Both the position numbers and the translations under genes were made by a program. Shown here in pieces: positions 40,976 to 50,609 of a stretch of DNA of 64,000 nt. Source of the DNA: Acidobacteriota bacterium (GTDB taxonomy: Bacteria > Acidobacteriota > Terriglobia > Terriglobales > Acidobacteriaceae); the NCBI GenBank assembly GCA_021805025.1, contig JAJZGF010000001.1, forward strand, positions 34,783 through 98,782, given 5' to 3'. The notes under the pieces are model-generated. The model worked only from the letters and a program-made list of their open reading frames with translations. It was not told the DNA's origin and made no database searches. Every line of letters starts with the position of its first letter. The first letter of the stretch is position 1.

Positions 40976-41818
40976 ATGGCACAATTGGGCGAAAATCAGT
41001 ACGGCAAAGCGCGGGTGCGCCTGTCGCGCATCATGCGGCAGGGCTACAGACATGAGTTCAACGAATGGACGATCACGGTGCTATTGCAGGGCGAGTTTGC
41101 GGCGGCGTTTACCGCAGCGGACAACAGCAGCGTTCTGCCCACGGATACCATGAAGAACACCGTCTACTCGATTGCTCGCGACTCCCATGCAGCCACAATC
41201 GAGCAATTCGCGCTGGAGGTTGGGGACTATTTGTTGCGCAGTAATCCTCAGGTTTCCGGTGCGAGGGTTGAGGTTCAGGAGAAATCGTGGCAGCGGATGC
41301 ATACCGGGACGGAGAATGACGCGACAACCTTCAGAATGGGTGGGCCGGAGGTACAGACCACCGCGGCTGCAGGCTCACGCGAGAAGGATTGGGCGATCCA
41401 ATCGGGGATTGACGGTCTTACGATTCTGAAGACGACGCACTCTGAGTTCACCGGCTACATCCAGAACCGGCATACGACGCTGAAGCCCTCCACCGATCGC
41501 ATCTTCGGAACCTGCGCAAAGGTTCAGTGGGACTTTGAAGCGATGGCTCCGGACTTTGCGGGCGCCCGGCAGCGCATCACGGAAGCAATTCTGCGCGTCT
41601 TCACTGCGCATCACAGCATGAGCGTGCAGCACACTCTTTATGAGATGGCGGAGGCAGCGCTCGAAGCGGCTCCTGAGATTGCGCGCATCAAGCTCGCCAT
41701 GCCAAACCTCCATCACATTCTTGCCGACCTTAGCCCGTTCGGGCAGGACAATCCGAACCATATTTTTGTGCCGATTGATGAGCCGCATGGTTACATCGAG
41801 GCGACGGTTGAGCGATAG
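40976..41818 (+). CDS. uox: Urate oxidase (cofactor-independent uricase)
   Basis: ENQYGKARVRL..I...GYRHEFNEWTITVLLQG.F..AFT..DNS.VLPTDTMKNTVY matches the uricase N-terminal T-fold block. It is 280 aa and starts 3 nt after uraH. Confidence 0.9.
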   Translation: MAQLGENQYGKARVRLSRIMRQGYRHEFNEWTITVLLQGEFAAAFTAADNSSVLPTDTMKNTVYSIARDSHAATIEQFALEVGDYLLRSNPQVSGARVEVQEKSWQRMHTGTENDATTFRMGGPEVQTTAAAGSREKDWAIQSGIDGLTILKTTHSEFTGYIQNRHTTLKPSTDRIFGTCAKVQWDFEAMAPDFAGARQRITEAILRVFTAHHSMSVQHTLYEMAEAALEAAPEIARIKLAMPNLHHILADLSPFGQDNPNHIFVPIDEPHGYIEATVER

Positions 41819-41821
41819 CGG

Positions 41822-42406
41822 CTACTCAAGCAGTACTCGATCCGCAGGAAGATCAATGTCGATCTCGCCGCGCTCGAATGGCACAGGGATAATGGATGGA
41901 GTGCACTCGGCCAGTAACGAACGGGCTCCCTTGTCGCCGTTGAGCGCGTACAGCCCTGGGTAGGTGGAAGCTGGAAAGACTGCGGGGGTTCCAACGATGC
42001 CGGCGTAACTGGATGCAATGATCCGGGCGCCATCGTGGTCAAGAAAGAAGCGGATCAGCGTCTGAAGATGGAGGACGGTTAGGTGGGGCTGATCGCATGT
42101 CATCAGCAATGCGCCGGAGGCCAGGGGAGCAAGCTCCTCCATTGTGCGGAGGCCTGCCTGGATGGAACTGGCGATTCCCTGCTCCCACGCACGATTGATG
42201 ACTTGTGTCGCCGGTGCGAAATCGATGGACTGGCGGATGCGCTCAGCGTGTGCGCCAAGGACGGCCAGGACCGGCATCGCTCCTGCTTCGGCAGCAGTGC
42301 GGATGGCGCGCGCAAGCAGGGTCTCACCGTGGAATTGGAGAAGTTGCTTGGGCTCGCCTAGGCGGCGGCTGGCTCCCGCTGCCAGAACAATGGCGCCAAC
42401 TGACAT
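41822..42406 (-). CDS. mocA: Molybdenum cofactor cytidylyltransferase (MocA/PucB-like)
   Basis: MSVGAIVLAAGASRRLGEPKQLL.F.G.TLL is the MobA/MocA nucleotidyl-transferase N-terminal motif. It is 194 aa and convergent with uox. Confidence 0.8.
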   Translation of the reverse strand: MSVGAIVLAAGASRRLGEPKQLLQFHGETLLARAIRTAAEAGAMPVLAVLGAHAERIRQSIDFAPATQVINRAWEQGIASSIQAGLRTMEELAPLASGALLMTCDQPHLTVLHLQTLIRFFLDHDGARIIASSYAGIVGTPAVFPASTYPGLYALNGDKGARSLLAECTPSIIPVPFERGEIDIDLPADRVLLE

Positions 42407-42469
42407 GTCTTTACAGTGTACTCAATCGAGGTTACAGAAACGATCACGCATGACACGAGGAAGCATGAC

Positions 42470-43903
42470 GTGCACGCTGAATTCAAAGGTCGAAGCGTGA
42501 CGCACTCCGAAACTCCGCACTCGGCAACAGAAAACCACGCGCCTGCACGCGAAGAATATGGCCTGCACGCCGGCGTGCTGGGTCCAGTGGAAACTCTGGC
42601 TCAGTCTGTCTCGGCGATGGCTCCCTCCACTTCATCGTCGCTGACCATCCCGCTTGTCTTTGCGCTGGCAGGTAATGGCACATGGTTCGTGTATCTGCTT
42701 GCCACTGGTGCGACCTTGCTTGTCGGCTTCTGTGTCAGCCGCTTCGCTCGCATCTCTGCATCGCCGGGGTCGCTTTACACCTACACGGCTGAGGCCCTGC
42801 CGCCATTCTTCGGTGTCACTGCAGCATGGGCGCTGCTCATGGCTTACCTTGCAACTGGCGCTTCCGTCGCAGGGGGCGCACTTTACTATGCCGTGTTGTT
42901 ATGCGAGCAGTTCCTTCACTGGTCGCCTAACTACCTGGCCACACTCCTGGCGGTGTGTGCGCTGGCCGCGACGATTGCCTACCGAGACGTGAAGCTTTCA
43001 GCCGAGGTGATGCTGTGGATTGAAGCCGCATCCCTGTGCCTCATTGTGCTTGTTCTCTCGGCGATACTGTATCGCGCCGGCTTTCACATTGATCTTCAAG
43101 AAGTGAAGTTGCGCGGCGTACATCCATCCGCGCTGGGCCCGGCGCTGGTCCTGGCGATGTTCAGCTTTGTTGGGTTCGAGAGCGCAACTACGCTCGGTGC
43201 GGAGGCCCGCGATCCGCTGCGCACCATTCCGCGCGCAGTCATTCAATGCGCCGTTCTGGCCGGGGTCTTCTTCGTGCTGTGCTCCTACTCCGAGGTGCTG
43301 GGGTTTCGTGGGGAGCCCGGCAACCTGAGCGAGACCACGAGTCCTCTGCATCTGCTGGCTGAAAAGGCAGACCTCGCGGGGGTGGGAGTGGCGATCGATT
43401 TCGGCGCGGGCATCAGCATGTTTGCGTGCGTGCTGGCATGTATTATTGCCGCGGCGCGTGTGCTGATGCGCATGGCGCATGGCGGACTGCTACCTTCAGT
43501 ACTGGCAGGCACAAGCCGGCGACATGGCACGCCGGGATATTCGATTGGCCTGTCGGCAGTGCTGATGCTGGGCATGACGTCGGGGCTCGCACTCCGCGGG
43601 GTAAGGGGCGAAGAGATGTACGATCTGCTGGGGTCCCTCGCTGTCTTCGGCTTTCTAACTGCATACACCCTTATTGCCATTGCTCTTCCATTTGCGCGGC
43701 GCGCGGTCGGGCAACATTCAATAGTGGTTGCAGGCCTTTGCATACTGACGGTAGCGGTCATGATTCTCATTACTGTATTTGATCTGCGTTCGACAACCGA
43801 CGCCGCTCATGCGCGGCTGCCCCTGATATACGTGTGCTATCTCGCCGTCGGGATTGGATGGTATGCGCTGGCAGGATGGCGGCTGCGTCGCGCACCTCGA
43901 TGA
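42470..43903 (+). CDS. APC-superfamily permease (amino acid/polyamine/organocation family)
   Basis: This lies in ORF 42416..43903. About 12 hydrophobic segments follow the N-terminal stretch. The start is uncertain: GTG 42416, GTG 42470 (GAGGAAG upstream) or GTG 42497. Confidence 0.72.
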   Translation: MHAEFKGRSVTHSETPHSATENHAPAREEYGLHAGVLGPVETLAQSVSAMAPSTSSSLTIPLVFALAGNGTWFVYLLATGATLLVGFCVSRFARISASPGSLYTYTAEALPPFFGVTAAWALLMAYLATGASVAGGALYYAVLLCEQFLHWSPNYLATLLAVCALAATIAYRDVKLSAEVMLWIEAASLCLIVLVLSAILYRAGFHIDLQEVKLRGVHPSALGPALVLAMFSFVGFESATTLGAEARDPLRTIPRAVIQCAVLAGVFFVLCSYSEVLGFRGEPGNLSETTSPLHLLAEKADLAGVGVAIDFGAGISMFACVLACIIAAARVLMRMAHGGLLPSVLAGTSRRHGTPGYSIGLSAVLMLGMTSGLALRGVRGEEMYDLLGSLAVFGFLTAYTLIAIALPFARRAVGQHSIVVAGLCILTVAVMILITVFDLRSTTDAAHARLPLIYVCYLAVGIGWYALAGWRLRRAPR

Positions 43904-43907
43904 GAGA

Positions 43908-44405
43908 TCAGGGCTGCTTCTCCGCTTCAGGCAGAAGAATAAGCAACAGCACGAGGCCCACTTCCGCAAAGTTCCTGAAGGCATCTTCCTGACCGTTCCA
44001 GGTATGGGATTGCCACATCAGAAACCACTCACCGCCGACCGTATGAAATGCGACAAACCACATGAGCATGGACGACGTAAGCGCGATGATGGGCAAACGC
44101 TTGGCGGCGTTGAACCTGTCCGCTGAAGAGCCGAGCACACGGACCAGGCCGGCTGTTGCGATCCAGAGGAGAACTGCTGTCACAGCTTCCCAGGCAATGA
44201 TGCAGTCGTAGAACGCGATATGAATCCAGGCGGCATGGAGAGCCCGCCCCATGCCATGATTCCCAGGGATCGTTGAATCCATCAGCAGCACGTGGCGCAC
44301 AAACTCATAGTTCGAGTTGTAGTCGGTAAGGTTATTGAAGACCACGAGCATATAGAAGAAGGCAACGCCGGCCAGGAGCAGGATCTTTGCAACACGAGTC
44401 GTCAT
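43908..44405 (-). CDS. DUF2165 family small integral membrane protein
   Basis: This is ORF 43908..44447 trimmed to ATG 44405. MTTRVAKILLLAGVAFFYMLVVFNNLTDYNSNYEFVRHVLLMDST matches my recollection of DUF2165 N-termini. Confidence 0.65.
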   Translation of the reverse strand: MTTRVAKILLLAGVAFFYMLVVFNNLTDYNSNYEFVRHVLLMDSTIPGNHGMGRALHAAWIHIAFYDCIIAWEAVTAVLLWIATAGLVRVLGSSADRFNAAKRLPIIALTSSMLMWFVAFHTVGGEWFLMWQSHTWNGQEDAFRNFAEVGLVLLLILLPEAEKQP

Positions 44406-44541
44406 GCGGAGCGGTCTCCCGGAGATTGGGATCCAGCGCCGCACCACTGTGTCCTGTGCGGCGACGCTGTATGGCCCATCCTAACTTGAGTCGACGTGAA
44501 ATCCCATAGCTGCTCCGCAACTCGTGCTACATTCGATTTCA

Positions 44542-45015
44542 ATGACGCAGAATTTCACTCCCGAGCAGAAGCTGGCGGCGCTGGGCCTGGAACTTCCGCC
44601 CATGCCCAGGGCAGGCGGCAATTACCTGCCGGCAAAGCAGGCAGGTAAGACTGTGTACCTTTCCGGCGTGATCTCCTTCGGGCCAGAGGGGTTGATTTCC
44701 GGCACGGCCGGAGACGGACGGAGCACAGAAGAGGGTTACGCAGCAGCGCGAGCCTGTGCGCTGACGCAGCTCGCAGTGCTGCGGGAAACACTCGGCTCGC
44801 TGGACCGCGTGGCGGAGATTCTGACCGTCAACGGCTATGTGAATGCAGCCGCTGGATTCCCGGATTCGCCGGCGGTAATCAACGGCGCGTCAGATCTGCT
44901 GGTGGAGGTTTTTGGAGAGGCGGGCCGGCATGTGCGCGCCGCGGTGGGCGTGAGTGCGCTGCCGCGCAATGCGTTGGTCGAACTGCAGATGACGGTCCGG
45001 GTGAAGGAGCCATGA
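44542..45015 (+). CDS. RidA/YjgF family reactive-intermediate deaminase-like protein
   Basis: The start is ATG 44542 in ORF 44524..45015. GKTVYLSGV..., GYVNAA..F and ARAAVGVSALPRNALVELQM are the YjgF/RidA fold signature. Confidence 0.8.
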   Translation: MTQNFTPEQKLAALGLELPPMPRAGGNYLPAKQAGKTVYLSGVISFGPEGLISGTAGDGRSTEEGYAAARACALTQLAVLRETLGSLDRVAEILTVNGYVNAAAGFPDSPAVINGASDLLVEVFGEAGRHVRAAVGVSALPRNALVELQMTVRVKEP

Positions 45016-45959
45016 GGGAGCATACACTCAGCGCAGAGCCAACCCATTCCGTGTGGGACCGCGCGCTACAACCGCGGCTGCACATCCAGTCCGGCGACGA
45101 GGTGCAGATTGAATGCACAGATGCAAGCGGCGGCCAGGTACAGCCCGGCATGAATGTTGCGGCATATCTGAAGATTGACCGCACCCGCATTCATGCACTG
45201 ACAGGGCCCATCTGGATCGAGGGCGCGGAACCGGGGGATGTGCTGCAGGTGGACGTGCTGGCAACGCGGCACAGCGGCTGGGGATGGACGAGTGTAGTTG
45301 AAGGGCTGGGCCTGCTCAAGGAGCGGTTTCGCGAGCCATACCTGTTTCATTGGCAGCTCGATGGCGAGTCCACGAGTTCACTGGCGCCTGCGATTGTGCC
45401 CGTGCGGCCGTTCCTGGGCGTGATGGGCGTGGCGCGCGCGGACGATGGAGCATTTCGGACGCGGCCACCGGGGCCCTTCGGAGGCAATCTGGATGTGCGG
45501 GAACTGTGCGCCGGCTCCACGCTTTACCTGCCTGTTTACAACCGAGGCGCGCTCTTCAGTTGCGGAGACGGGCACGCGGCACAGGGCGATGGAGAGGTCT
45601 GCATCAACGGGATTGAGTGTCCGCTGGATGTGACGCTTGCCTTTCGACTGCACAAGCATCAAGTGCTTCGCGGACCCCTGGTTGAAGCGCGGGAACACAT
45701 TGCGCCAGATTCGATGGCTGACGCATGGATCGTGGTGGAAACAGGAACTGACCTGCTTGAGACATCGCGCAGCGCAACAAACCGCATGGTCGATCTGTTG
45801 ATCAGCCGTTGGGACTTCAGCGCAGTTCACGCCTATCTGCTTTGTAGTGTTGCTCTCAAGCTGCGCATCAGCCAACTGGTGAACGAGCCTGTGCATACTG
45901 TTAGTGCGGCTCTGAGCAGGCAGATCCTGCCGGACCGGGAGCTCTTCCCATTCCAATGA
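45012..45959 (+). CDS. Acetamidase/formamidase family amidohydrolase (FmdA/AmdA)
   Basis: ATGA overlap with the RidA-like gene, with GAAGGAG upstream. It carries HALTGPIWIEGAEPGDVLQVDV, GGNLDVRELCAGSTLYLPV and CGDGHAAQGDGEV. Confidence 0.85.
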   Translation: MREHTLSAEPTHSVWDRALQPRLHIQSGDEVQIECTDASGGQVQPGMNVAAYLKIDRTRIHALTGPIWIEGAEPGDVLQVDVLATRHSGWGWTSVVEGLGLLKERFREPYLFHWQLDGESTSSLAPAIVPVRPFLGVMGVARADDGAFRTRPPGPFGGNLDVRELCAGSTLYLPVYNRGALFSCGDGHAAQGDGEVCINGIECPLDVTLAFRLHKHQVLRGPLVEAREHIAPDSMADAWIVVETGTDLLETSRSATNRMVDLLISRWDFSAVHAYLLCSVALKLRISQLVNEPVHTVSAALSRQILPDRELFPFQ

Positions 45960-46342
45960 CGATCAATGACCCCGATGTTGTCGCGGAACTGAGTGAGCTT
46001 TACTCGCAGTATGAGAATGCGCTGGTCGCTAACGACGTTGAGACGCTGATCAGCATGTTCTGGTCAGGCGACCAGGTGATGCGCTTCGGCGCCACGGAAA
46101 ACGTGTATGGACCGAGCGACCTTGCGGCATTCCGCAGGTCTCGGCCGACGCAGAACCTGGCCCGCACCATCCAGCGGCTGCACATCGTCAGCTTTGATCG
46201 CGACTTTGCCAGCATCACCCTGGAATTCGAGCGCGCAACGGAAGCGGGCCCGATCCGCGGCCGGCAAAGTCAGGTGTGGGTCAGGTTGCAGGAAGGCTGG
46301 CGCATCGTGCAGGCGCATGTTTCCCTGTTGCCGGCATCGTGA
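45956..46342 (+). CDS. AtzH-like / HpxZ-like NTF2-fold protein (DUF3225)
   Basis: ATGA overlap with the formamidase gene. It is 128 aa with a SnoaL/NTF2-like pattern (ELYSQYENALVANDVETLISMFW....MRFGATEN.YG...AFR; W.IVQAHVS). Family assignment is from recollection. Confidence 0.6.
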   Translation: MTINDPDVVAELSELYSQYENALVANDVETLISMFWSGDQVMRFGATENVYGPSDLAAFRRSRPTQNLARTIQRLHIVSFDRDFASITLEFERATEAGPIRGRQSQVWVRLQEGWRIVQAHVSLLPAS

Positions 46343-46599
46343 TGCGGCGGACAAGACATTCCTTTGCGGCGCGAATCTTTAGATAAACTTTATGCGGTAA
46401 TACTTATCTTACAAGTACTGTAGTCGCACCCAGACAAGAACAACGACCAGCTTCATTCGTTGCGGACCCTCTGCTCTCTTCTCCTCCGATTGATTTCCTT
46501 GTGCGATTGAACGCGCATTGATGCATCGAGTTACACGCAGCCTCCGTCACGCAGGAGTGTGAATTCCCATTTTCGAGGCCTATCCCTTTGAGGTATTCC

Positions 46600-49500
46600 A
46601 TGCGATCAAGCTTCTCCCTGTTTCCCCGTCTATTCCTGCCTCTGGCAATTCTTGTACTGAACGGCCTGCCTGCGGTGGCGCAACAAACGCTGGGCGGAAT
46701 CACCGGTGAGGTGACCGATGCATCGGGAGGTGTAATCCCCGGGGCGACGGTTGCAGTGCTGGGTGAGCAGACATCTTTCTCACGGACCACCAAAAGCAAT
46801 GCAACGGGCATTTACACGTTTGTGAACCTGCCGATTGGCAGCTACACGCTCACGTATACAGCAGCGGGTTTTGACGTGCAGAAGACCCAGCACATTACAG
46901 TGCAGGCGGATCGCACCGCCACGGTCAACGCCGCGTTGAAAGTGGGGGAGACGACAACAACGGTGGAAGTGGAAGCGACGCCGCTGATGAATGCGGTCGA
47001 CACAACGAACGGCTACGTGATGGACAAATCCCAGATTGAGGACGTGCCGCTGGCGACAGGTAGCTTCACGGGTCTTGCCACGGAGTCAACCGGCGTGAAC
47101 GCAGAGCTGCCCAGCGGAACGGGAGCAGACTCCGGCATGGGCAATGTTCCCATCTGGGCCAATGGACAGCGCGACACGTCGAACAGCTTCCTGTTGAACG
47201 GCGTGGATGCGAGCAACCTGTTCAATGGCAAAAGCACCAGCCAGGTAGCCTCAGCGCGCGTCATCAACAGCACGGGCGTCTCCAGCAGCACGGGTGCGGG
47301 CGGCGTCATTCCATCCGCCGCTTCCATCTACCTCTCGATCGGCAATGCGCTGCCGACACCGGCGCCTGAGACCCTTCAGGAAGTCCGCGTGAATGCGTCG
47401 ATGTACGACGCAGACCAGGGCAGCACCTCTGGCGCGCATATTGACATGAGCACTGCCTCGGGCACAAACAACATGCATGGCTCGCTCTATGCGCATCGCG
47501 GCACCAGCTGGCTGAACGCGGCGCCATTTTTCTTCAATCAGGATCCGGACATCCCTGCTTACAACAAAGTCCCGCAACTGCACCGCTACGAACTTGGCGG
47601 CACGCTTGGCGGCCCGATCCTCAAAGACAAGCTGTTCGGCTTCATCGGCTATCAACATTTGCATGTCTCTGACCAGGAGATCGGCGACTCCGTGCTCGAT
47701 GTGCCCGTAGGGCTGAGCGATGATCGCTCGGCCTCCACGCTAGCTTCGCTCACGAACGGATCCTTTGGCACGAGCATCACTTCAGCGAATATCGATCAAA
47801 CCGCGCTGGCGCTTTTCAATTCTCCGGCGCTACCCGGAGAACCGGGAAAATGGCTTATCCCAAATGATGCACTGAAGGGCAGCGCACCCACAGCAGCGCA
47901 TATTGATAATGCTTTCATTCCCGGTACGGGACGCTTTACGGCCGACGTTGCCGTGGCTGATCTTGACTATGACGCGAGCAGTAAAGAGACTCTCTCGGTC
48001 AAATATTTCTATCAACATGACCCAACCCTCGCTCCCTTTGCCTATTCCAGCGTGCCCGGTTTCACAGAGCATCTGGACTCGGGCGCACAGGTCTTCTCCA
48101 TCACAAACAGCTACATCGTCAAGTCGAATTTGAGTACGACCGAGACGCTGGGCTTCATCCGCGAGAAGAACTACGCCAACAATGAGCAGGCCTTTGGCCC
48201 CACGTCCATCCCAGGGGGCGCGGCAGGCACAGCCTCGATCAATATGTTCGGCTCAAGCTACTTCCCCGGCGTTTCTGTTTACAACGTGCTTGGCAGCGAT
48301 CAGCCTGCCGGCGTCTCGACCGCAATCCTCAACATCGGCCCTAATGCCGAGGGGCAGGCATCGAACACGGGCATGTTCCAGAATCGCCTTGCGCCGTCTG
48401 GCAGCGCGGTATGGATGCTGGGCAAGCACACGCTTAGTTTCGGGACCAGCTACACGTACACGCAGCTCAATACCATTGACAAGCGCACAGGCACGGGCAC
48501 CATCGCCTCAGACGACCTGAGCCAGTTTATGCAGGGCTTCGTGACGCCTGGCAGTTCGTCGACAGGCTTCTATGTCACCTCATTCCTGCAAGGAAATGCC
48601 AACCGCTATTACCGCGCGGACCAACTTGGAATGTATCTACAGGACAAGTACCAGATTCGTCCCAATCTCTCGCTCACCGCGGGTGTGCGCTATGACTGGG
48701 ATGGCGGACTGAGCGAGAAATACGGCCGCATCTTTAACTTTGACTCGAGCCGGTATAGCTACAACGCCGCGACGGACGTCATCCAGAACTCCGGCCTGAT
48801 TATTGCCGGCAACAACACCAACGGCACTCCGGGCGTAAGTGCCACCACATTGACCGGACGGCAGTGGGGCATCGCTCCGCGCCTTGGGGCCGCGTGGCAG
48901 CCTCAGATGTTCCATGACAAGGTGGTGGTGCGCGTCGGCAGCGGCATGTACTACGATCGTGGCGAACTGTTCAGCTACTTCTCGCCCGGTTACGCCATCG
49001 GTACGGTCACAGGCGGCCCGTTCGGTGTCAACCAGCAACTGCCTTTTGTAAATGTCTCAAGCTGCCCGGTCAGCTCCGTTACTTACCTTTACTTCTACAT
49101 TCCCACTTGTGGCGGCGCAACGGATCCCGCCACCGGAGCGGAGATTGGAACTCCCTCCGCGACGGCTGGCGACCTGGAAAATCCTTACGGCACTTCCCTG
49201 TTGCCGGCTCCGAATAATCCCAAGGCATCCGACCTGAACAATTATCTTCCGAACGCAGTCGGCATCCTGAACTTCGGCCAGCCCATCTCGCTTGGCGTCT
49301 ATGACCGCGCCAACAAGCTGCCCTACACGATCAATTACACGCTCGACATCCAGTGGCAACCGCGCAATGATGTTGCCATTGAGATCGGTTACGTGGGCAA
49401 TGTAGGACGGCATCAGGTCATTCCTGTGCCATTCAATCAGCCAAACATTGCCTCGCCATCGAATCCAGCGCTGGCAGGTAGCGCAAATCAGCAAAACTAC

Positions 49501-50532
49501 AGTTACGGATACAACGTGATTGGAGCGACGCTCCCGGATGGAACGAACTATCTGGCCAACTACGAAGGCGGCAACGTGGACCTTCGTGTCCCTTACATTG
49601 GCTATGCGGCGGAATCCATCACCTACAAGGCTGCCGGCGTGGATGCGTACAACGCCCTTCAGGCGCATGTGGACAAGCGCCTCAGTCATGGCATTCAGTT
49701 GAGCGCCTCGTACACTTATTCGCACGCACTTGATGAGCAGAGCGGGCTTGGTCTTTTCTACAATGGAAATAACCCGCTGAATCTGCGGAGCGCGTATGGA
49801 TCAGCGGACTTTGACCGCACCCACGTCATCAACTTCAATTATGTATTCGATCTGCCGAAGATGGCTACGGAGCATTCGCTGGAAGGCAAGCTGATCAACG
49901 GGTGGTCCATGATTGGACTTACCGTTTTGCAGAGCGGTCAGCCTTACAGCATCATCGACTTCTCCGGCGCGGTAGGCAGCATCTACTACTCCACCGCCGA
50001 CGGCATCACCAATCCCATCGTTCCGCTCGCTCCAGGTTGCACGCCGAAGTCCGCGGTTACCGGGCGTTCCGGCGCGTTCCTGAATGGCGACGTTGCGCTC
50101 AAGCCTGAATGCTTCACGATTCCTTTGTTGCCCGCCGGTGGCTTGAACGGCGCAATTCCAACGTCAGACCCTTTCGAGACGGGCTTTACCAACGGGCAGC
50201 GCAATATCTTTCGGCAAGCCTTCCAGCGCCGTGCTGATGCTTCACTCGTGAAGATGACGAGGCTTGGCGATCGCTATAGCGTCCGCTACACCTTTGACGT
50301 GTACAACCTCACGAACACGACAAGCTTCGACATCCCCGGCAACGAGGTTTCGCAAAACCAGTTCTACAACGCATTTCCCACCGCCGGGACCACTCCACTG
50401 CCAACCGGCTGCGCGGCCAACGGCTCCCAAACCAACTCAAGCTTTTATGCCTGCCCGTCGGGGCTCGGCATTGTCACTCACACCATCGGCAGCCCGCGCC
50501 AGGTTCAGATGTCTCTGCACTTTGACTTCTGA
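46600..50532 (+). CDS. TonB-dependent outer-membrane receptor, Oar-like, with CarboxypepD_reg domain (1310 aa)
   Basis: ATG 46600 lies 6 nt after GAGG. A signal peptide MRSSFSLFPRLFLPLAILVLNGLPAVAQ is followed by GGITGEVTDASGGVIPGATVAVLGE, and the sequence ends ...MSLHFDF. It is a paralog of 474..4046. Confidence 0.85.
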   Translation: MRSSFSLFPRLFLPLAILVLNGLPAVAQQTLGGITGEVTDASGGVIPGATVAVLGEQTSFSRTTKSNATGIYTFVNLPIGSYTLTYTAAGFDVQKTQHITVQADRTATVNAALKVGETTTTVEVEATPLMNAVDTTNGYVMDKSQIEDVPLATGSFTGLATESTGVNAELPSGTGADSGMGNVPIWANGQRDTSNSFLLNGVDASNLFNGKSTSQVASARVINSTGVSSSTGAGGVIPSAASIYLSIGNALPTPAPETLQEVRVNASMYDADQGSTSGAHIDMSTASGTNNMHGSLYAHRGTSWLNAAPFFFNQDPDIPAYNKVPQLHRYELGGTLGGPILKDKLFGFIGYQHLHVSDQEIGDSVLDVPVGLSDDRSASTLASLTNGSFGTSITSANIDQTALALFNSPALPGEPGKWLIPNDALKGSAPTAAHIDNAFIPGTGRFTADVAVADLDYDASSKETLSVKYFYQHDPTLAPFAYSSVPGFTEHLDSGAQVFSITNSYIVKSNLSTTETLGFIREKNYANNEQAFGPTSIPGGAAGTASINMFGSSYFPGVSVYNVLGSDQPAGVSTAILNIGPNAEGQASNTGMFQNRLAPSGSAVWMLGKHTLSFGTSYTYTQLNTIDKRTGTGTIASDDLSQFMQGFVTPGSSSTGFYVTSFLQGNANRYYRADQLGMYLQDKYQIRPNLSLTAGVRYDWDGGLSEKYGRIFNFDSSRYSYNAATDVIQNSGLIIAGNNTNGTPGVSATTLTGRQWGIAPRLGAAWQPQMFHDKVVVRVGSGMYYDRGELFSYFSPGYAIGTVTGGPFGVNQQLPFVNVSSCPVSSVTYLYFYIPTCGGATDPATGAEIGTPSATAGDLENPYGTSLLPAPNNPKASDLNNYLPNAVGILNFGQPISLGVYDRANKLPYTINYTLDIQWQPRNDVAIEIGYVGNVGRHQVIPVPFNQPNIASPSNPALAGSANQQNYSYGYNVIGATLPDGTNYLANYEGGNVDLRVPYIGYAAESITYKAAGVDAYNALQAHVDKRLSHGIQLSASYTYSHALDEQSGLGLFYNGNNPLNLRSAYGSADFDRTHVINFNYVFDLPKMATEHSLEGKLINGWSMIGLTVLQSGQPYSIIDFSGAVGSIYYSTADGITNPIVPLAPGCTPKSAVTGRSGAFLNGDVALKPECFTIPLLPAGGLNGAIPTSDPFETGFTNGQRNIFRQAFQRRADASLVKMTRLGDRYSVRYTFDVYNLTNTTSFDIPGNEVSQNQFYNAFPTAGTTPLPTGCAANGSQTNSSFYACPSGLGIVTHTIGSPRQVQMSLHFDF

Positions 50533-50609
50533 TCTCAACATGCAGGCACAAAGACAACGTCTTGGGCGATAGATCTTTGAGCAGTGCGAACGTTAGCGCA
50601 CGCGGGCGC

